Shown: positions 56,745 through 64,000 of the stretch, piece after piece | Position numbering within the stretch: position 1 is the stretch's first letter | Layout of the letters: each line of letters opens with the position of its first letter | Assembly (NCBI GenBank): GCA_005893305.1 | Contig: VBOZ01000008.1 | Span: forward strand, 9,286-73,285 | Length of the DNA stretch: 64,000 bases | Reading direction: 5' to 3' | Source: Candidatus Eiseniibacteriota bacterium | GTDB taxonomy: Bacteria; Eisenbacteria; RBG-16-71-46; SZUA-252 | Notes under the pieces: generated by a model | Seen by the model: only the letters and a program-made list of their open reading frames with translations | What the model was told of the DNA's origin: nothing | Databases searched by the model: none | Made by a program: the position numbers and the translations under genes

Positions 56745-58079
56745 TCAGGGACTGCGCTCGACAATGCTTGAGAGAAGCTCTGCTTCCGCGACGAGGTCTC
56801 CATCGACGTAGGCCTTCCCCTCCATCTTGCAGATCCGTGACTTGAGGCGGAGCAGGGTCAGCTCGAACCGAAGCTGATCCCCGGGCCGCACGGGCTTCCG
56901 GAACTTCGCGTTATTGATTCCCATGAAGTAGACCAGCTTGTCTTTCGGGCGCTCGACCGTGTTGAGGAGAAGCACTCCCCCGCACTGCGCCATGGCCTCG
57001 ATGATCAGCACCGCCGGCATGATCGGATGACCCGGAAAATGGCCCGAGAAAAAGGGCTCGTTGATCGTGACGTTTTTGATGCCGACGACCCGATTCGCCT
57101 CGAGGCTCAGGATGCGATCGATGAGCAGGAACGGGTACCGATGCGGCATGATCTTCTGGATCGCGTTGATGTCGAGCTGAATCGGGCCCGAGTCTCCGTT
57201 CGAGGTCGCCGTGCGGAGCAGGTTGCCCGGCTCCTCCGCGGCCGCAAGCCGCTGGACGAACCTCACGTTGGTCGCGTGGCCCGACTTGATGGAGAGGAAA
57301 TGCCCCCGGGCCGGGCGCCCGAGCAGATAGAGGTCCCCGAGAAAATCCAGGATCTTGTGCCGGACGAACTCGTCTTCGAACCGGAGCGGCTCCTGGTTCA
57401 TGATCCCGGTCGGCTGCACGACGACGGCGTTCTGGAGCGTGCCGCCCAGGATCATCCCCCGCGCGCGGAGCTTTTCCACGTCGCGCTCGAGCACGAAGGT
57501 GCGCGCGGGCGCGATCTCCCGGATGAAGACCTCCGGATCGATGTCGTAGGTGGCGTGCTGGGTGCCCCGCCAGGCGTTCGTGTACTCGATCGTGAAGGTC
57601 ACGCGCAGGCCGTCGTGCGGCAGCCCCACCAGGATGACCCCGTTCTCCTCGTAGCGGACCGGCTCGGTGACCCGGAAGTAACGCCGCGGCGCCGGCTGCT
57701 CCACGATCCCCGCGTCCTGAAAGAGGCGGACGTAGGGGCCCGCGCTGCCGTCGGCCGGCTCGGGCGGCTCCTGCGCGTTCAGGGCGATGATGAGATTGTC
57801 GATTCCCAATCCGGCCGCCGCGGCCAGGATGTGCTCGACCGTGTGCACCTCGGCGTCGCCGTTCTTCAAGATCGTCCGCCGCATGTGGTCGGTGTCGACG
57901 CGCGCGTAACGGGGCGCCACCGGAATCTCGGGCTTGCCGGGCAGGTCGAGCCGGACGAACCGAATCCCCGTGCCCGGCGCGGCCGGACGGAACTCGACAT
58001 GACAGCCGACGCCGGTATGGAGGCCGACCCCGTCGTACGCGATGACGCGGCCGAGCGTGCGCTGGTTGGGAGTGTTCAC
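56745..58079 (-). CDS. lpxC-fabZ: bifunctional UDP-3-O-acyl-GlcNAc deacetylase / 3-hydroxyacyl-ACP dehydratase
   Basis: 444 aa. The N-terminal ~280 aa are LpxC-like (QRTL...[16 protein letters not shown]). The C-terminal ~150 aa are FabZ-like ([23 protein letters not shown]). Confidence 0.9.
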   Translation of the reverse strand: MNTPNQRTLGRVIAYDGVGLHTGVGCHVEFRPAAPGTGIRFVRLDLPGKPEIPVAPRYARVDTDHMRRTILKNGDAEVHTVEHILAAAAGLGIDNLIIALNAQEPPEPADGSAGPYVRLFQDAGIVEQPAPRRYFRVTEPVRYEENGVILVGLPHDGLRVTFTIEYTNAWRGTQHATYDIDPEVFIREIAPARTFVLERDVEKLRARGMILGGTLQNAVVVQPTGIMNQEPLRFEDEFVRHKILDFLGDLYLLGRPARGHFLSIKSGHATNVRFVQRLAAAEEPGNLLRTATSNGDSGPIQLDINAIQKIMPHRYPFLLIDRILSLEANRVVGIKNVTINEPFFSGHFPGHPIMPAVLIIEAMAQCGGVLLLNTVERPKDKLVYFMGINNAKFRKPVRPGDQLRFELTLLRLKSRICKMEGKAYVDGDLVAEAELLSSIVERSP

Positions 58080-59082
58080 TTGAGGCTGGAGGGACCCTCG
58101 AGCTCCTCGACGCGCCGCTTGAGCTGGCGAACCGTCTGGAGGAGCTCGGGCAGATGCCGCAGGCTGGCCTCGATCCGCATCGCTTGCGTGACCGGGAGGG
58201 CCGGATATCCGAAGAGTTTCTCGCCGGGCTTCACCGACTTCGATACGCCCGACTTGGCGCCGATCATAGCGCCGGCTCCGATCTCAATGTGCCCGACGAC
58301 GCCGACCTGGCCGGCCAGGACCACGTCGTCGCCGAGGACGGTGCTTCCCGAGATCCCGACCTGGGCCACGATGATGCAGTTCTTGCCCACCTGGACGTTG
58401 TGGGCGATCTGGACCAGGTTGTCGATCTTGCTGCCGGCGCCGATCCGGGTAGTCCCGGTCGTCGCGCGATCGATGGTGACGCAGGCGCCCAGCTCCACGT
58501 CGTCCTCCACGACGACGTTGCCCACCTGGGGGAGCTTGCGGTGCACATCGCCATCGCGCACGAAACCGAATCCGTCGCTTCCGATCACCGTTCCGGAGTG
58601 GATGATCGCCCGCGCTCCGATCTCGCATCGCTCGCGCAGGGTCACGTTCGGATAGAGAAACGCGTCGGCGCCGATCCGCGCGCCGGCGCCGACGAAGCAT
58701 CCAGCCTGGACGACCGCGCGCGGGCCCACGGAAACGCCCCGTTCCAGGACCCCGACGCGTCCTTCGCCACGACCGCGGTCGCGTGGACGCCCTGGGCCGG
58801 CCGCTCCTCGTCTCCCTGGAAGAACCGGACCGCCTTCAGGAAGGCCAGGTACGGGTTCGGGTTCTGGATCAGCGGCTTCGCCACGTTTCGGTGATTCTCC
58901 GCGACGATGATCGCCGACGCGTGAGTGCACGCGAGGTACGGCTCGTATTTGGGATTGGCCAGGAACGTGAGGTCCCCTTCTTTTTTTTTGCGAATGCCCG
59001 CGACCCCCGTGATCTCCACGGTGCCGTCTCCGACGACTAAGCCGTCGATGGCCTTGGCGACCGTATCCAGCGTGACCTTCAT
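58076..59082 (-). pseudogene. lpxD: UDP-3-O-acylglucosamine N-acyltransferase, frame broken near 58755-58760 (true pseudogene or assembly error)
   Basis: Track ORF 58642..59082 carries the LpxD N-domain up to ...[12 protein letters not shown] and then goes out of frame. Track ORF 58076..58930 carries the hexapeptide body from ...[30 protein letters not shown] to the C-terminal helix. Confidence 0.85.
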
Positions 59083-59148
59083 TCGCGGCTCTCTATCGGA
59101 GACAAGTGTGACGGCAGGAGGGTTGAAGCACCGGGCCGAAGGCGCGTC

Positions 59149-59742
59149 TCACTGCTGGCCTTGATTGCCCGTATTCTGATTGGTTCCGGAACCCTGGTTG
59201 GTCCTGGGTGTCGTTCGGCGGGTCCCCTCGTCCTCCTGGCGCAACGCCAGAAGAACCCGGTCGGTCAGATCGAGCGCCTTGTCCAGGATCAGGGAGTAGC
59301 CCTCCTCGGTTCCGAACTCGGCCACGATCGCGTGCACGCGGTCGACGATCGGCTTCAGGTACTCTTCGTTCAGCTTCGAGATTCGCCCGCCCGGACCCCA
59401 GTTCGTCTGGACGAACGTTTCGTATTCGCTCGACTTCCGCTGGATCTCCCGATTCTGCTCATCCTTCTTGGCTTCGCTGAGCATCGGACCCTGCTGATCC
59501 AACTTTCGCTGGAGCTCGTCGATTTCGGTCTTCTTCTCTTTCGCGGTCTTTGAGAGCTCCTGTACTTCCCGGTTGAACGACTCCTGCGCCTCCCGGGTTT
59601 TCGGATACTCGGCAAAGATCCGGTCCGAGTCAATGAACCCGATCTTGATGTCGGCCCGGACGCTGACCGCCCCCGCGAAGAGGGCCACGATCACGCCCGC
59701 AAGGGCCCACACTAGCGCACCCCTGCTCCTCTGTATAGTCAT
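59149..59742 (-). CDS. skp: OmpH/Skp-family periplasmic chaperone
   Basis: 197 aa. Signal peptide, then IGFIDSDRIFAEYPKTREAQ and a long charged coiled region. Positioned between bamA and lpxD. Confidence 0.8.
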   Translation of the reverse strand: MTIQRSRGALVWALAGVIVALFAGAVSVRADIKIGFIDSDRIFAEYPKTREAQESFNREVQELSKTAKEKKTEIDELQRKLDQQGPMLSEAKKDEQNREIQRKSSEYETFVQTNWGPGGRISKLNEEYLKPIVDRVHAIVAEFGTEEGYSLILDKALDLTDRVLLALRQEDEGTRRTTPRTNQGSGTNQNTGNQGQQ

Positions 59743-59758
59743 AACCTAACCCCTTTTA

Positions 59759-62199
59759 TCACAAGGTATTGCCCAGCTGGAAGTGGGTCTTCCAACCGGG
59801 CCCTTCCTCCCGGTCAAGGCCGTAGCCCAAGTCGAAGCCGATCCGGCCCAGCGCCGGAACCTCGAACCGGACCCCGAAGCCGACGGATCGGCGAAGATCC
59901 CCCAGGTCGATCTCGCGCGTCGAATTCCAGGCGTTCCCCGCGTCGAAGAACAGGAGGCCGTGGAGCGGCTCCGCGATCGGGAACTGGATCTCGGCGCCGG
60001 CGACGAGCATCCTCCGCCCGCCCGGGTAGCGCTCGAGCACCAGGCCGGTCACGGGGTCCCGCGTGATATTGGTCCGGGGGACCACGTAGTAATCGGGGTA
60101 CCCCCTCAGGTAGTCGACCGCCGTGCCTCCCAGCCGGAACCGCTCGTAGTCGGGGACGCTGGAGCCGCCCAGAAAGCCGGTGCGGGCCCGGAGCATGAGC
60201 ACCAACGGTCCGCTCAGGCGGCTGAAGTTCTTGATGTCGAACGTGCTCTTGTAGAATTCCTCGACCCCGCCCAGAGCCCCGCCCGCGACCGTGTTGGTCC
60301 AGGTCGTGCGCGATCCCTTGGAAGCGTAGAACGGATTATCCGTGCTGGTGCGAGAGAAGCTCAGCGTCACGCTGCTCACGAGGCGCGGCCAGTCCGTGTT
60401 GCGGAGCGTCGTGAGGTTGCTCGATTCGCCGGGTTGGTGCGCGATAAAATTGGAGAGGGTCACGTTGCGCAGGTCGTAGGAGATCAAGCCGCGGGTATAG
60501 TCCGGCCAGGACACCGGCCTCCCGAACCGGATCCCGCCGCCGACGTCCTTCCGGTTGTAGACGTCCAGCTCCCGCTCGGTATTGAAGAGGCTGAACCCCG
60601 CGGTGAGCGGCGTATCCCGGAACCAAGGATCGGTGAAGGCGATTTCGTAGCTGCTCCGCTTTCCGCCGCGCTCCAGGTGGAGATTGACGCTTTGCCCGTT
60701 CCCGAACAGGTTGTTGTGCCCCAGCTCCACGAAGCCGGTCAATCCCGTGCTGCTCGCGAACCCGGCCCCCGCGCTCGCGGTTCCCGTCTGCTTCTCCTGC
60801 ACCTTGAGGGTGAGCTTGATGTCGGCGCTGTCACCCGTCGGCTCGTAGTCGACGTTCACGTCCTGGAAGAAGCCCAATCCGAAGATGTCGCGCTGGGTAC
60901 GGATCAGCGCGGAACGCCGGAAGACGTCGCCCGGACGGACCGACGCCTCCCGCCGCACCACGTTTTCCTTCGTCCGCGTGTTCCCCACGATCTCGAGGTC
61001 GGCGACGCGGGATCTCGACCCCTCCTGGATCGCGAACTCGATGTCCACGATCGAATCCCGCTCGGTGAATTTCGGCTCGATCGAGAGGTAGAGGAATCCC
61101 TGCTCCTGGTAGAGCGTGTACGCCCCTTCGAGCGTCTTGTGGATTTGGGCCTCGCTGTACGGCCCTCCGGGCTGGACCGCCGTCACGGACGTCAGTATCG
61201 GCGTTGGGACGACGGTGTTCCCGCTCCACAAGGCGATCCCGAAGCGGTAGCGCGAGCCCTCACGTAGATAAACGTGGAGGGCGACCCCCGTTCCGTCCTC
61301 GGTGTAGACCGGGCGGATCGAGTCGACATCCGCGTCCTTATAGCCGCGGCTCCGCATGAAGAGCCGGAGCTGGGTGGCATCCTGGTCGAGCTGCGAGGGC
61401 TTGAAGGTTCCCCCCCGCAGGAACCCGGGCATCTTGCTCTTCATGGCTCCTCGAAGGTCGGCGGGCTTGAACGACGGACCGCCCCCCACCGCGTGGAAGA
61501 CGACGCCGCGGACCTTGACCTTCGGGCCCTCGTCCACCACGAAGACGACCTGCACGACGCCCGCGCCGGCCGGATCGGTCCGCGCCGTCACCTTGGCCCG
61601 AGGGTATCCATCCTCCGCGTAGGCCTCGGTGATCTTTCCCGCGTCGAGATCGAGCGTCCCTTGATCCAGAAGCTGGCCGTCGGCGATGGTCAGCTTGGCC
61701 TTGAGCTTCGATTCCTCGATCTTCTTGGCGCCCTGGAACCGAATCCCCTTGATCCGCGAGCGCTCCTGCACGACCACCGTGAGCGTCACGCCGTCCCCCT
61801 CGACCGCGTCAACGACGTTGACGTCGGTGTAGAGCCCGCTCTGGTAAAGCTTCCGGACGGCCTCCCGGACGGCCTCCCGGGTGTAGGGGTCGCCGATGCG
61901 AAGCCCGAAGGTCCGGATGATGACCATGGAGTCCACGTTGACGAACCCCTTGGCGCGGATCGCCCGGATGATCTTGCCGGCGGCCGCTCCCCCGTCGAGG
62001 GGCGGAACGATTGGGACCTGGAGCCCGGCCGCGGAGTCGGTCGGCGCCAGGCTCGGGATTCCCTCGATGGCGAGGCCCTGGCGAGCGCTCAGGAAGAGAC
62101 CGAGAGATCCCGCCACGGCAAGCCAGACGAGCGTCCGCCGAACGAGGCCCCCGCGGGGCGCCGTCGTCGCGGACCTCCCTGTCCTCTCGAGCGGGCCGG

Positions 62200-62203
<4 letters not shown>
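59759..62203 (-). CDS. bamA: outer membrane protein assembly factor BamA
   Basis: 814 aa with POTRA repeats and a C-terminal Omp85 barrel ending ...WKTHFQLGNTL. TTG start in a TTGA overlap with the clpC stop. Confidence 0.88.

Positions 62204-64000
<1,797 letters not shown>

Noticed and set aside
58981-58989. The A9 run as the cause of the lpxD frameshift
   Set aside because: The homologous sequence switches frame at about 58756, more than 220 nt away. The run itself is in frame.

Overview
This is a high-GC (roughly 68-70% by eye) bacterial chromosomal segment made up almost entirely of core and envelope genes. About 60 genes run head-to-tail on the minus strand; only two (37738-40792) are on the plus strand. 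I found no rRNA, tRNA, CRISPR array, transposase, integrase or phage gene.

Gene order, reading the minus strand from the right edge of the window:
- 64000-40794: a ~23-kb envelope-biogenesis block. It contains clpC, bamA, skp, lpxD, the lpxC-fabZ fusion, lpxA, a Gfo/Idh/MocA oxidoreductase, lpxB, waaA, lpxK, nadB, a small protein, an msbA-like gene, GT9, a 2-hydroxyacid dehydrogenase, tdh, kbl, GT9 and a UbiA-type gene.
- 37637-36324: asnS.
- 36045-29558: a Ton cluster with a PstS-like lipoprotein, a TPR protein, a STAS protein, exbB, two exbD and two tonB.
- 29357-22578: a Yip1 protein and a TolC/adaptor/ABC pump.
- 22474-19629: uvrA.
- 19562-15204: gcvT-H-PA-PB.
- 15220-8056: an eight-gene uncharacterised module.
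- 8051-1: a lipoate-ligase-like gene, gpmI, sppA, an HU-like gene, a micro-ORF, rnr, a PilZ gene and a partial outer-membrane barrel gene.

The lpxC-fabZ fusion, the PorV-like barrel, the Ton/PstS-like/TPR synteny and the bS22-like micro-ORF suggest an FCB-group or Gemmatimonadota-like organism. That is inference only.

Points most worth a second look:
1. The uncharacterised module at 8056-15220. It has an orphan GlmL/MutL-type ASKHA ATPase, a hybrid-barrel protein, two small proteins and a four-gene membrane quartet with its own promoter-like signal.
2. An ORF-free, AT-shifted, hairpin-rich ~390-nt spacer (4861-5248) bracketed by two terminator-like hairpins.
3. Three frame-disrupted, highly conserved genes (uvrA, the pump adaptor and lpxD).
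4. A recurring TTGACACCC...TA(A)CGT promoter-like motif, with two apparently leaderless starts.
5. The plus-strand pair: a TPR/zinc-ribbon membrane protein and a DUF4388-like protein.

All family calls come from reading motifs in the translations; no database search was run. The many long antisense ORFs in the track are high-GC shadow ORFs and were rejected.
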